Below, one piece after another: positions 35,599-47,747 of a stretch of 64,000 nt of DNA. The translations under genes and the position numbers were made by a program. Each line of letters begins with the position of its first letter. Within the stretch, counting starts at the first letter, position 1. This DNA is from Anthoceros angustus (taxonomy: Eukaryota; Plantae; Anthocerotophyta): contig MU008200.1 in NCBI GenBank assembly GCA_010909165.1, positions 62,001 to 126,000 on the forward strand, written 5' to 3'. Below the pieces are notes generated by a model. It searched no databases and was not told where the DNA came from. It worked only from the letters and a program-made list of their open reading frames with translations.

Positions 35599-37665
35599 CT
35601 AGAGAGGTGGAAAGGAAACTGGAGCGCCACCAGCTCCGGGCGGAATCATACCCTGCGGTGGAGGTGGTGGCGGCATACCAGGAGGCCCACGTGAAGGAGG
35701 TATCATCCCTTGTGGAGGGGGAGGAGGGCCACCTGGATTCATCGGAGGAGGTTGCATGTTTCCAGGAGATGGGGAAGGCCGCGTTGGTCCTTGGGGAGGT
35801 GGAGGTCCTCTCGCCCAAGGAGGAGGAGTCATTCCAAGTGGGGGAGGAGGGCGCCCTCCTGGAGGAGGTCCCGGGAAACCATGTGGAGGCGGAGGGGGCA
35901 TGTTTTGCGGTGGCCGAGATCCTGGTGGCCCTTGCCTGAACTGTTGCATATTGCTTTGAGGAGGCCTTGGCTGGTTCAGCCAGGGAGGTCTACCTTGCAT
36001 CTGATGTGGACCACCAGGCATTGGTGGTCCAGAACCTTGCATTTGCGGAGGTCCACCATATTGACCTTGCATAGGAGTTTGAGACATTTGCCCTTGAGGA
36101 GGCATCGGTAGGCCACCAAAGTGAAGGGGAGGAGGCATGTTACCATTGCCCAAGCTTGATAGAGGGCCCATATGACCATTCCCTTGCTGGACCATCGATG
36201 GTGGCCCACCTCCAAGTTGGGGAGGACCCACTGATGATGGGGGCCCACTTGCAAAGAGGGTATGAGGCCTGTTCTTCTGAGCACTTGGATTACTGGCTGC
36301 TAGCATTCTCTCTGCACAAACAAAGATGTGGTATTCATGACCTGGCAACTTCAAAACTTGCGCAAAGAGCATATAAGAGCGTTCAATCAGAACATACCTG
36401 CGGGTGTGCCGTGTCTTTCTCCTTTTGTATCTTTCTTATAAGCGTAAGACACCGTTATTGGACGATTGCAAAGATACTGACCATTCATTGCCTGCAGGCG
36501 TCAAGAACTCCATCAGAGCTTTGGTCCTCGAAACCCGGATCACATAAGCTGGCTATTCAGCTTACAGAAGTAGCTTAGGGCACCTATACCTCAATGGCAG
36601 AATCAGATGCCTCAAACGAATCATAGCTAATAAAACCAAAACCCCGTGAATTGCCGGAGTCTGGGTCCCTCATAATCTGTACGAAGAACAGAACAACAAC
36701 CACGTCTAAGAGGCTAACTGCAATAGAACTCCCAGACTTGTATCATATTGTGAAGAACTAGCATGGGGCTTACCTTGGGATTTGTCACAATCACACCAAA
36801 TGCACTAAAGGTATCATAAAGCAGCTTCTCGTCGACATCCTGCAAATCGTACAAGGACTTAGTGCCATGCATTGTGGGAACTGCTGAGAAACCAATGAAT
36901 TGTGATTTCCTTACCGAATCTAGATTTCCTACAAACAAGTTGGCACCCACATCCAAGCTCTTCTTATCTTGAGAGGCCTGTCGGGATCAAGCCGAAGCAA
37001 ACCTTCAGCATCAAGGACAGCAGATGGATAGCAAACCTTCAGCATCAAAGACGCAGCTCAGTCCATAAATACCTTGTTAACACGAATAGGCTTCCCGTGC
37101 AGCTTTATCATGTTCAGAATCTTGATAGCCTGTGTAACATCCAGCTGGATCAGACACACCATAATGGCATAACAGTCAGAGTTGTCACTTACTAATGGTT
37201 ATGCTCACATAATCAGCATCTTCTTCGCTTCGGAACTCCACAAAGCCGTATCCCTGGTGAAGATTGGACACCCTATCCTTCGGGACGTAGACATTAACTG
37301 CACAGAACGCCAGGTTCTTTCTTCCTTGAGAGCCGACGATTCCCAACTACACAATTGTCATGAAATGCCTAACAGATGACCCACCAACTGGTCCAGCTTG
37401 CACGAATAACTCCCACAAAAGCTCCTCCGACACCTAACAGCACATAAGAACGCTCGTGGTATTTCATTTCGGCAGCCGCACTGCGCAGTTATTAAGAGCA
37501 GAGCGATTGGAGACCCTAAAGGCCTCCCTCACACCAGAAGGAAACAATGAGAGGTCGAACCTGAGGATCCAGGTTTCCAACGTACGCTGTAGCATCCTGA
37601 TTTCGCTCGGCTGCGTGCTGCCCCAATAAATTGGCTCCTACGCCAGGCGTGATCCTCGTTGTCAT
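35599..37665 (-). CDS. SF3B4: Splicing factor SF3B4/SAP49 (2 RRM + Pro-rich tail)
   Basis: [71 protein letters not shown] and a Pro/Gly-rich C-terminus. Confidence 0.96.
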
Positions 37666-38267
37666 TGTTTGCCACTGTACCTGTACCGAGCTCACGGTGT
37701 CGACGACCCCATTTGAAAAGACCTTCAGCTTCAGCTGGCAGCTCATACTCAGCGAGGGTTTAGTGTTTGCTAAAAGGAGATGTTCCTAGATATCATCATT
37801 TATCAGTAAGAGTATCTGGTAGATGTACTAGCCACATATTACAATGTACGTCACATAAATTACTTTGATTATGCAGGTATGTTATATAACCTATATCTAT
37901 TTAAATAATTATATTAATATAAATACTTTAAAATTATATATATATATTATATAGATTGATCCAAAATAAGTTGAGGTAGTACTTTCTTCAAAGAAAATAT
38001 TTGCCTCATTTACAATTACTCTTGTGAGACGAACTTCCCATTGGATCACTACAGAAATGGGGTATACAATCCTAATCCTAGGGTGGACTTAGATAAAATT
38101 CTTCTTCTTCTTCTACGTTGATGGAATGTCCTTCGGGGTCATCCTGATATAAACTTCCACTTGGATCACTCAAAGTGTACTAAACAAGCACAATAAGGAG
38201 CATCCATGAGACAAGCATAATATCCACAAGCCAGGCACAATATGTAACTCGGATCCATGACACAGAC

Positions 38268-38366
38268 ATAAGGCATTGGTATACATAGATAGGCATAATG
38301 ACTTGGGGTATAGAGATAAGGCATTGGTATACATAGATAGGCATAATGACTTGGGGTATAGAGATA
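38268..38366. repeat. 48-bp direct tandem repeat (2 copies)
   Basis: ATAAGGCATTGGTATACATAGATAGGCATAATGACTTGGGGTATAGAG at 38268 and 38316. Confidence 0.85.
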
Positions 38367-38511
38367 GGTATGATGATGATAACCACGCGCAGCGCACAAT
38401 TACAAGTATCCACAAAAAGACATTCATACATAATGAAGATGAGTATTCACAAAACATATTCGTACATATTAAGATGAGTACATATTAAGATGAGAAATAT
38501 GCAGTTAGTTA

Positions 38512-38950
38512 AGTACCGCTAAATCCAATTAGTATTTAGGATGAGGAGAGGAAGCCCCGAGCAATGTTCACTAATTATGCTAAATCCAATTAGTGTTTGG
38601 GATGAGGAGAAGAAGCCCCCAGCAATGTTCCCTAATTAAGTGCGCCTAGCCCGAATCACACCTAGTGAAGTACGGCTAAATCCAATTAGTATTTGGAATT
38701 AGGAGAAGAACCACCCAACAATGTTCTCTAATTAAGTGCCCCTAGGCCGAATCACACCTAGTGAAGTATCGCTAAATCCAACTAGTATTTGGGGTGAGGA
38801 GAAGAAGCCCCCAGCAATGTTCACTAATTAAGTGCCCCTAGGCCGAATCACACCTAGTGAAGTAACGCTAAATCCAATGAGTATTTGGGTTGAGGAGAAG
38901 AAGCCCCCATCAATGTTCACTAATCAAGTGCCCCTAGGCTGAATCGCACC
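38512..38950. repeat. 96-bp tandem array (~4.6 units)
   Basis: GCTAAATCCAA at 38518, 38579, 38675, 38771 and 38867; the last three intervals are exactly 96 bp. Confidence 0.9.
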
Positions 38951-39036
38951 TCTAGTTTAGGCGTTTTCCACCTACCATGTTATAAAGTCAATGATAAGCT
39001 TATAATAAACCATTATCTAATCCCCAATAAGGGCTA

Positions 39037-39291
39037 ACCTTTGGTATGGCCACCTCGGTTGGAATCATTTTCTTGTGAGTGAATCCAAAGGCACATTATC
39101 ACTCATGTCAAATTCATTATATATCAACAAATCTAGAGACAAGGACCATGCACGCTCCTCTCCATCCCCTTCATATCGAACCATCAGCCTTGAATCCCAT
39201 GGACTTCGCAAACCATACCATACATGTATGGTATGCCCACCGTATGGTATATCGTGTATGGTATGCATACCGAGGTGGCCATACCAAAGGT
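39037..39291. repeat. Perfect 23-bp inverted repeat pair enclosing ~210 bp with internal palindromes
   Basis: ACCTTTGGTATGGCCACCTCGGT (39037-39059) and its reverse complement (39269-39291). No obvious TSD. Confidence 0.8.
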
Positions 39292-39419
39292 GCATACCAT
39301 ACATTTGGACACACATGAAAGAAGCAATCTTTCATGTGTGTCTAAATAGCTTAGGTCAAATGAACACACCTTTATAAGAACATTGTTCAGCATCATGTGC
39401 TTCAATAGGTACTTGGATG

Positions 39420-42400
39420 TGATAAAATAGCTTACTATTAGGGCACTCTTCACTAGGGCACCTAGGACTTAATAATTAATTTAGTCCTTATGGCACTAGG
39501 TAGTTTCTTTAGTAGTTATTTAACTGGTTAGTTGTTACAACCAAATTATTTAGTCCTTAGGGCACTAGGTAATTTCTTTAGTAGTTATTTAATTGGTTAG
39601 TTGTTACAACCACTTAACGGTTATATCATGCCGTGTGATACTAATCTCTCTGCACTTGGGTTTAGTGTTTGATTAGCATTAATTAATCTAATTACTTATC
39701 TTTAAGTAAGTAATTCGTGTTAATTAATCTAAGGTACTTATGTTAATTAAGAATTAATTAGTGTTAATTAATCTAAGGTACTTATGTTAATTAAACATTA
39801 ATTAGTGTTGATTAATATAAGGTGTTTATGTTAATTAATCATTTATTAGTGTTAATTAAACATGGTTAGCAATAGCTAAGTGGATAAGCTCAAATAATAT
39901 GCTTGGCATATTCCTTGCATATTATAGTATATTACGATATTTCCAGATATCGTGCGATAGGATATCTTATGAATATAGTGCGAGCTAGTGTATATAGACC
40001 CCCGGGTGAGACAGCTGGATCATGGAAGTCCTCAGATATCAATAAGGTGTTGTGAAGAGGCCAATGACTCAGAGGCGTGTGTGAGGAATTTGCGTGTTGT
40101 TCCGTGGGGAGTGTGTTTGTCTTGCGCGAGCTACTCCTCCCTTGTTAATGGTTGCATCTATATATCTAGATCGTATTAGATTTGTTTGCTTGGTTGTTGG
40201 TCGGGAAGTGCTTATATGAATTCAAGTGCCACTCGTGCGACGATAACAACCTTGCCTATATAAAGGCAACGTATGCTACTATTATGAATCAATGCAACAC
40301 ATATTGCTTGAGCTTGTGTATGATTCTCATCATGGTATCAGAACACACTTGCTCTTTGTTTGCTTGTGCATCCTCATGTTTGCTTATCTATGAGACACTT
40401 TCTAATCTAGCATTTGCCTAGATGGATTGTGTTTATCATAAAATTGCTATCTTTGCATGCATTCTTTTTATGCTAACATTTCTCTTCTAACAATGCTTTT
40501 ATGCACTAATTCTTTGTCCTTCCTCCATGGATTTGTGTTCCCTTAGAAGGAGGAGGCATAGAGTTAAGAAGAGGTAGTAAGACAACAAGAACAAATTAGG
40601 AGCCCAACACATAGAAGCAATAGAAGACAACAAGCTATAGAGGGAGATAGAAGAAACCTCCTCTTGTATAGCAAACTTCATTGCATCTATTTAATTTCTA
40701 AACCGGATCAAGGGAAGTTTATCAAGCTAGCTAGGCGTGATTTGCTAGAAGTTTTAGCCCAATTCACGTCAAGGCATTAGAATTAGCTCTCCAACATATC
40801 CCAAATTTGAATCTGGTATTAGTACTCCTTTATCTTCTAGTCAAGACAAAATAGCATAGAAACTCTTAGATTTCAAGAAATTGATAGTCAATTAGCAACT
40901 CTTAGAATCCAATCCTTTGATCTTAAGGAGAATTATCTGAATTAAGGACAAAATTGTCTATTCTCTCTAAGGTTGATAATGCGCGAGATTGAGCATGCTA
41001 TCATCATCCGAATCGATTATGATGCAAGAGAAGAGTTTCGCGTGCAATAGAAGATGAGAGGTATCTGCGAGGCCTAGTCCTCTAAATCACCTACAATGGC
41101 TGGAGTGATCAATGATGAAGAACAAAGCTGTTCCTAATTCCCCATTGGGTAATGATAATGCTAACACTTCATTGCATTATCATTATGGTAACGATTTCAA
41201 AGAAGAGATAGATTCAATGGAAGGGATTATGACATCGGTCATTGAGAATGCGAGGAGCTTTGCGGCAAAGAGACCTTTGGGGCATCGTCGATGGATCAAT
41301 TCCAAGGCCACACGCCCGATTTGAGCGTGAACTTCAACCTTCTGGACGCCCGAGGGCGAAGGCACAAGATTTATTGGTCGGTGGACTTTCTCAACATATG
41401 GTGAGACATGTCGCTGCAAAGACCTCCAAGGATATGTGGACTCACCTTGCTCAATTATATTCATCTCGAGATGTAATGAGTATTGTTGCACTTCACGTAA
41501 CTTCCGCAACCTCTCAATGAAGGAGTCCGAACATCATGTTAATGCATTTCGATTGGCACGATCCCATTTGGAATCTTCAATGGCGTACCTATCTCAGAGA
41601 TGGAGGCTTACGGCATTCTCTTATCTTCATTGCCGCCTTCTTATAGGGCTTTCATTACAACTCAAAATGCGTGATTCGTAATGTCGAAAAAACTGGATGA
41701 AGATCCAAATGAAGAGCGACATGTTTCGAACTTATTGGAGCATTGCTACGAGGAGGCAAGCGAGCGTCATCATCACTCCAGCCAACAAGCGGCGGTGATG
41801 TATTCACAAAGGGGTAGAGGGCGAGGCGAGGCGAGGTTCTACTTTCCAACGACCCCATATCCTGCACATACTTTCCAAGATGGAGGCATCTTCTTCAACA
41901 CTGCAAGAGGTAACAAGAAGGCGGGATTATATGTAATTGGTGCGAGAATCCCAAATCACATGGAAAAGGATTGTCGTAAGAAGAAGAACTGGGAACCTCG
42001 GAAGGAGGCCCCACCTGGAGCTAACGTTGCAGCGAAGAAACAATCTTCCTCAACTCCAGCAGTGCTCACTGTGTGCTTGGCTTCTTCCAAGCCCTCCAAT
42101 AGGGTTATGAAGTCAAAGGCAAAGAAGATTGGGTATGCCGACTCATCAAAGGTTTGTATGGCCTTAAGCAGTCAGGCAAGAATTGGAATTTAACCATACA
42201 TGTACAACTTATTGGGAGAGGATTTAAGCAAAGCCAGGGTGATGCTTGTATGTACATCCTAATATCTGGCAATGATATATTTTACCTTCTACTTTATGTT
42301 GATGATGTATTTATGGCAACAAACTCCCTTACTCTCCTAGCCGAAACTAAAGCATGGCTTAGGACTCTATTTGAGATGTCCGATCTAGGAGAAATGACAT

Positions 42401-45170
42401 ATGCACTTGGTGTTAATATTATACGAAATAGAGGTAATAAGACTCTAAGTATAGTTCAAACCAAGTATATTAAGGAGAGTTTAGCTAAATTTAGACTTGA
42501 GGATGCAAAGCCCGCACCCACACCTTTTGCAAGTGGTGTTAGGCTTACCTCGATATGAGTCCCAAAAGCAGTGAAGAAAAGCTAGAAATGTCAGTTCCAT
42601 ACCGACATGCGTTGGCACTCTAATATATTTATGCAATTTTACGAGACCGGATATATCTTTTGAAGTCGGCCTCGCTCACAATTCTTGGAGAACCACAGGC
42701 GTGAGCCTTTGGATGTCTAAGCGTATATTCGAGATACCTTAAAGGCACTATGTACAGGGATCGATGTTCAAGCATACACCAGCTATCAACACATTAACTC
42801 TAACGGCATATCTTGATGCCGACTATCTTTAGTGACCCGACACGAAAATCATGTCGGGGTATGTATTACTCTTGGGAGGAGCACCAATATCCTGGTCAAG
42901 TAAGAAACAACCTACTATAGCTTTGTCAATCACTGAGTGTGGTACTAACCTCGGTTCTAAAGACATAGTGTGGTCCGAGGTTAGTTTTGAGTGAACTTCA
43001 CCATCCTCAACTTAAGCCTACATCTTTGTTTAGTGATAGCCGGTGCCATTGCACTTGCACGAAATCTGTTTTCATTCTAGAACTAAACATATAGCTGTTG
43101 AGTATCACTACATAAGGGAAAAGTTAGAAGATCAAACCATAAATATTAGTTATGTTCAAACTTTAGACAATGTCGATTTATTAACAAAGTCATTGGGAAT
43201 TGAGTTACATAGGAAACACATGAAATGTTTGGGTATAATGGACACACTGTCCAAACCTTTAACCTAATACTCACCCTAGCAGCCTTAGGGCCGATTTAAG
43301 ATAACCTTAAAATCTTAGCCCAAAAATTATTGTCTTACTATTTTCTGAACATTTTCTTCTTCTATCTCAAAATAGCTTAGGTCATCCTGCCTTCCTCTTC
43401 ATAGACGGCCAACATAGAACCTGGAATATTTATATTAAAAATAAAAATAATATTTAAGCAGTATTTATGTGATTAAAACAATAAATTCCCTTAGCACCAA
43501 AGGCACCTACGGAAAATATGTTTGATATGTCCTGGAAATTCCTCACATGGGAGACTTGCTATTTTTATCATGTGGATGGTAGTTTCCTCACATATATAGG
43601 AGTCCGGGACATCTCCCTTTTCACTTAAACCTAAGGTGAGTATGTATACTTTATTTTCCTGGTCACCTTTTGGTAGAATTCCTGGCTTATAATAGCCCAT
43701 GTTTTTGTCTTTAATACACTTAGGAAACAAAATGTGTTTACACCGCATCAAGCTGCAGAAAATTTATGCTAGGTTATTATAGATCCTAAAACTCATATAG
43801 AAATTAGGATGCTTAAAATCGATAACCCTTATTTAATATATTGCACCTTTCTTTTCCCTTCCTTGTCATATCCTCCCATGCCGTCTCCACCCATCTCGCC
43901 GCAAACGCCACACAAGTGTCGACCTCTTATCCATCAAGCATTAGCATCCTTGTAATCCACTTGTGTCATAGCTTCTTCTTAGAAGCATAAGATGGGCAGC
44001 AATCTTTCCTACAAACACTTTTGGCGGTGGGCATTTTGCGGAGCATCATTCATTGAGAGGGGAGGCACGTCCTCATCACCTAGGCTGCGCTTCCTCCTTT
44101 GGTGAGCACATCCGGCAATTGCTTCACAAATGAAGACATGGCAGAAATGACATGGACAATGAGGCTTTCCTCTTGCCGGAGCGCCCCAGGATCCTTAGGC
44201 ATCTGTTCGCTTCATCCTCCGAGGATGAGGTCGATCAATGACAAATGCAGGAGATTTCTTTTGAAAGGTGCAGGAAGGACGAGGTCTGGAGGCGAGACTC
44301 TTCATCAGGAGCGATCATGATCAGTAGGGGCGCCCTCTCCTTTTGTTTGGGCGCCAGCGCCTGGCGTCCCTTGCCTGAACTGTTGCATATTGCTTTGAGG
44401 AGGCCTTGGCTGGTTCAGCCAGGAGGCCCACGTGAAGGAGGTATCATCCTTGTGGAGGGGAGGAGGGCCACCTGGATTCATCGGAGGAGGCATCGGTAGG
44501 CCACCAAAGTGAAGGGAGGAGGCATCGGTAGGGGCGCCTCCTCCTGTGGGCAGGATTGGGCGCGCCTTGCTGCGGGTAGCCACCCTCCGCCATCGCCATC
44601 ACCGCATGTACCAACCACCAAGTTGTCGGGATCGCGTGAAGTTTGAGGAAGAAGGGTATTATCCATTATCCTTTTGATTTTCCTTTTCGGAAATTAGGTA
44701 TTTTCTGGATTTTCCTCTATATATAAATCCGCTTAAATACTTTTAATTAGTTTTAATTCCACCTATTCTTGAAGTTGGGTTATTAGTTTCTCATCTCGTT
44801 CTCCTTAAGTGGGAGTTATTTTAATAGTGATTATTACTTTCAGTTTTACTTTATGCCTTTAAGTAAAGTTTAGTTAGGGACTAGTTTTACTAGACTAGTT
44901 TTCCTAGACCTCTTTTGGTCAGAAAATCACCCCTAGTTCATAGTGAGTGGGAGTGATAAAATAGCTTACTATTAGGGCACTCTTCACTAGGGCACCTAGA
45001 CTTAATAATTAATTTAGTCCTTAGGGCACTAGGTAGTTTCTTTAGTAGTTCTTTATTTAGTTGTTACAACCACTTAACGGTTACAACAACCTTGCCTATA
45101 TAAAGGCGTGTACTTTCTATTATGAATCAATGCAACACAGATTGCTTGAGCTTGTGTATGATTCTCATCA
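39420..45170 (+). mobile_element. Ty1/Copia LTR retrotransposon, degenerate and internally deleted
   Basis: TG...CA LTRs at 39420-40332 and 44954-45170. TSD GGATG at 39415-19 and 45171-75. PBS TGGTATCAGA at 40333; PPT at 44942-53. Remnants of gag (LRQRDLWGIVDG), RT (YGLKQSGKNWN, LYVDD) and RNase H (SKKQ, HSRTKHIAVEYHYIRE). Confidence 0.93.
39624..40245. mobile_element. 622-bp insertion in the Copia 5' LTR, probably a solo LTR or small TIR element
   Basis: Absent from the 3' LTR. Its ends TATCATGCCGTGTG...CACTCGTGCGACGATA form an imperfect inverted repeat, and it contains TTAATTAA arrays. Confidence 0.65.
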
Positions 45171-45175
45171 GGATG

Positions 45176-47037
45176 GGGTGCCTAGAGGCAGTGGATGATG
45201 CTAATAGCTTAGGCACACCATGATACAAGATGTCAAGGACTTAATGGACTTAAGTAAAATTCTTCTTTTTATTTTTCACATTTCTTTCGATAATCGTGAT
45301 GGCCAGTAACAAGCCTTGCATGAGAAGCATGCAGCCCTGGATCTAGTTAGTAAGTTGTAAGTAGTGGTGGTAAGACTTAGCTTAGGGTTTAAGGAAGAAA
45401 GTCTGCTTTAAGCAGTTACTTTGGAAAGGATGTAAGCCTCCTATAAAAGGAGATGAAGCTAGCCCTAGAGAAGCATCTGGTGATCCTAGCATGGGGAGCT
45501 ACACTCTTGAGGATAGGACTTTGGAGCCTAAAGGCCTTGGGAGCGTAGAGTGTGAGCATGTCTAGAAGGATCCTAGCACTTGGGAGCTACAGTCTTGTGA
45601 GGATAGGACTGTGGTGCCTAGAGGCCTTGGGAGCCTAGAGTGTGAGCGTGCTAGAGGAGGCGTGAGGACGAGATCGAGGGAGAGAGCTAAGCTCCTAGCT
45701 TAGGCAAAGATGGGGAGCTCTCTACGATCATCATGTATTCTTGTTGACTCTTGCTGGAATAATTAGCGCCGCGACGCGTCGATCGCGACGCCCTGGAAGG
45801 ACGGGCTACTTGGAGACCTAGTGCTAGTGTCTGGTGATGTTTTTGTCGCTAACTGCGTGACTGCCCCACCTCGCTGAAAAGGGGGTGTTATTTGTGGTAT
45901 CAGAGTTCAAGGTTGAAGCATCTTTTAGCTAGGGCGCTAGCTGGAGATGGCCGATCCTGAAGAGCCAGGTAGAGTAGAGAGAATACGGCGAAAGAAAGAG
46001 AAGACTCCTATGTTGGAGACTGCAGTGGATGAGCCTCAGATGGAGCCACTAATTCCTGGAACGGCAAAGGCGGATACCTCTGGGCCGAAGACCGTCACCA
46101 TGCCACAAGAGGAGCTTCAAAATCTTTTGAGGCGAATGGAAGCTCTAGAGCAACAAGTACAAGGAAAAAAAAAGCTTGATGAAGCATACCTGGTGGAGAA
46201 CTTATGCTCAGAGTATTGAGCAAGGTAATAGAGTGGAAACTATTTCCACATGGGCAGACGTACTGGAGGAGCATGCCAAGGGGAAATTGATTGTGAGGGC
46301 CGTCGTAGCCGAGGATTCTAAGGTTATTAGGAGTTGAGCCTCTTGACTTCAGCCTGGTGAAAGAGAATTCAAAATGTCAATCGCAAAGGCAAGAATATGT
46401 GGCTTGAACTAGATGAGCATGGCCCACTTTTCAATTTGGTAAGTCCTTTGAGGTTGCAATGTGCATTGATATCGTTCGATTCTCGGCGATGAAGTTGTGC
46501 TAGCCTTTATTTGCACCCACCACCCAACTTCTCAGGTGTATGGTCGGGGCAATCCACGTCAAAGGAGGGCAGACGGTTAAGTACAAGAGGTATTATTCGT
46601 TATTGTTTAGAGGTGACATGCAGGTATGCTTGGAGTTTGAGGACGGCCTTAGAGGTCTTGGGAAGAAGTCTGAGTTTCATTTTTTTCAAATCGGGCTCTG
46701 TGGAGCAGGGCTGTTACTGCCGACGATGATGAATTCAAAGATGCACTGCAACTTCAATTCCAGCCAACTAATGCATCTATGTTGGCAAGAAGGATGCTAG
46801 AGAATGTGAAGCACACAAGAAGGTTGCGGCAGTATGTGAGTGAATTTAGCACAATTGTTTTACAATGCCCTGATATGCAGGAGGTGGATAAGCGGTTTTA
46901 TAGTGGACTCAAGAGGTGAACTCAAGAGGTGGCAAATGACGAAACCTCAAATTCACATTCAGTTGGTGGCTATCACATTCAGTTGGGAATCACATTCTGA
47001 TATTTTTGTCCCCACCTCGCTGAAAAGGGGGTGTTAC
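45176..47037 (+). mobile_element. Degenerate second LTR retrotransposon (Gypsy-like): LTR 3' part, PBS, gag start and an isolated LTR end
   Basis: CCCCACCTCGCTGAAAAGGGGGTGTTA at 45864-45890 and 47010-47036. TGGTATCAGAG at 45895. Gag-like ORF at 45947-46219. ~87-bp internal repeats at 45481-45650. Confidence 0.7.
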
Positions 47038-47747
47038 TTGGCCAGTGATTTACTCGCTAAAGTCATACAATTGAGGGCCCCGATTCCCGTCCACTTGCGC
47101 CATCTCGGAGCGTTCATGCTCAGAAAAAACTACAAGAATCCAAACCGCGAAAAGCGGACCTAGTCCTGGACAAGATTCGCCTCACAGGCGGTGTATACCA
47201 AAAGACGGGATCCCAACCGCTTACATTGGTGCAAACTGGGTCGTCCCAAGTGCACGAAGTTGGACCCGGTTTGTCCCTGAGGCCTATTAGAAAAGGATTC
47301 TTATAGGAAAATTGGAATTCTAGTTGATGTAAGGAGCTTTGTCGCAAGAACTGAATTACATTTGAAGAACTCGTGGCACAGTTTCCAGTTTTCTTTCGTG
47401 AGCGCTGATAGCTCAAAAAGACGAACGTCTACCTCGACCAGAACGTGGTTTACAAACGCGCCCCTCCTACGGGATTTTAAAATGCTACCTCTGTGTACAT
47501 GCAGAACACTGACCACAACCCGATGAAGAAAATTACTGCTTGCTGCTTCTCTACACCTAGGAGTCTTGACCGTTTCCTCAGCATGGGGCAGGTATACTTC
47601 AATCCGTCACCATTAATGTGTTGAATTCAGCTACCCTGCAGGTCCTTGCAACAGGACTATCTGAAGCAGTTCCGCAGACGCGGAAATGCCATCAGAGACT
47701 GGCCTGCAGATTCTCTGCAGTTCCCCTCAACATTTGCAGAGCACCAC

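Noticed and set aside
17591-37665. Functional splicing cluster (CWC22, TGS1, SF3B4)
   Set aside because: They are separated by unrelated genes and a possible contig join; chance is sufficient.
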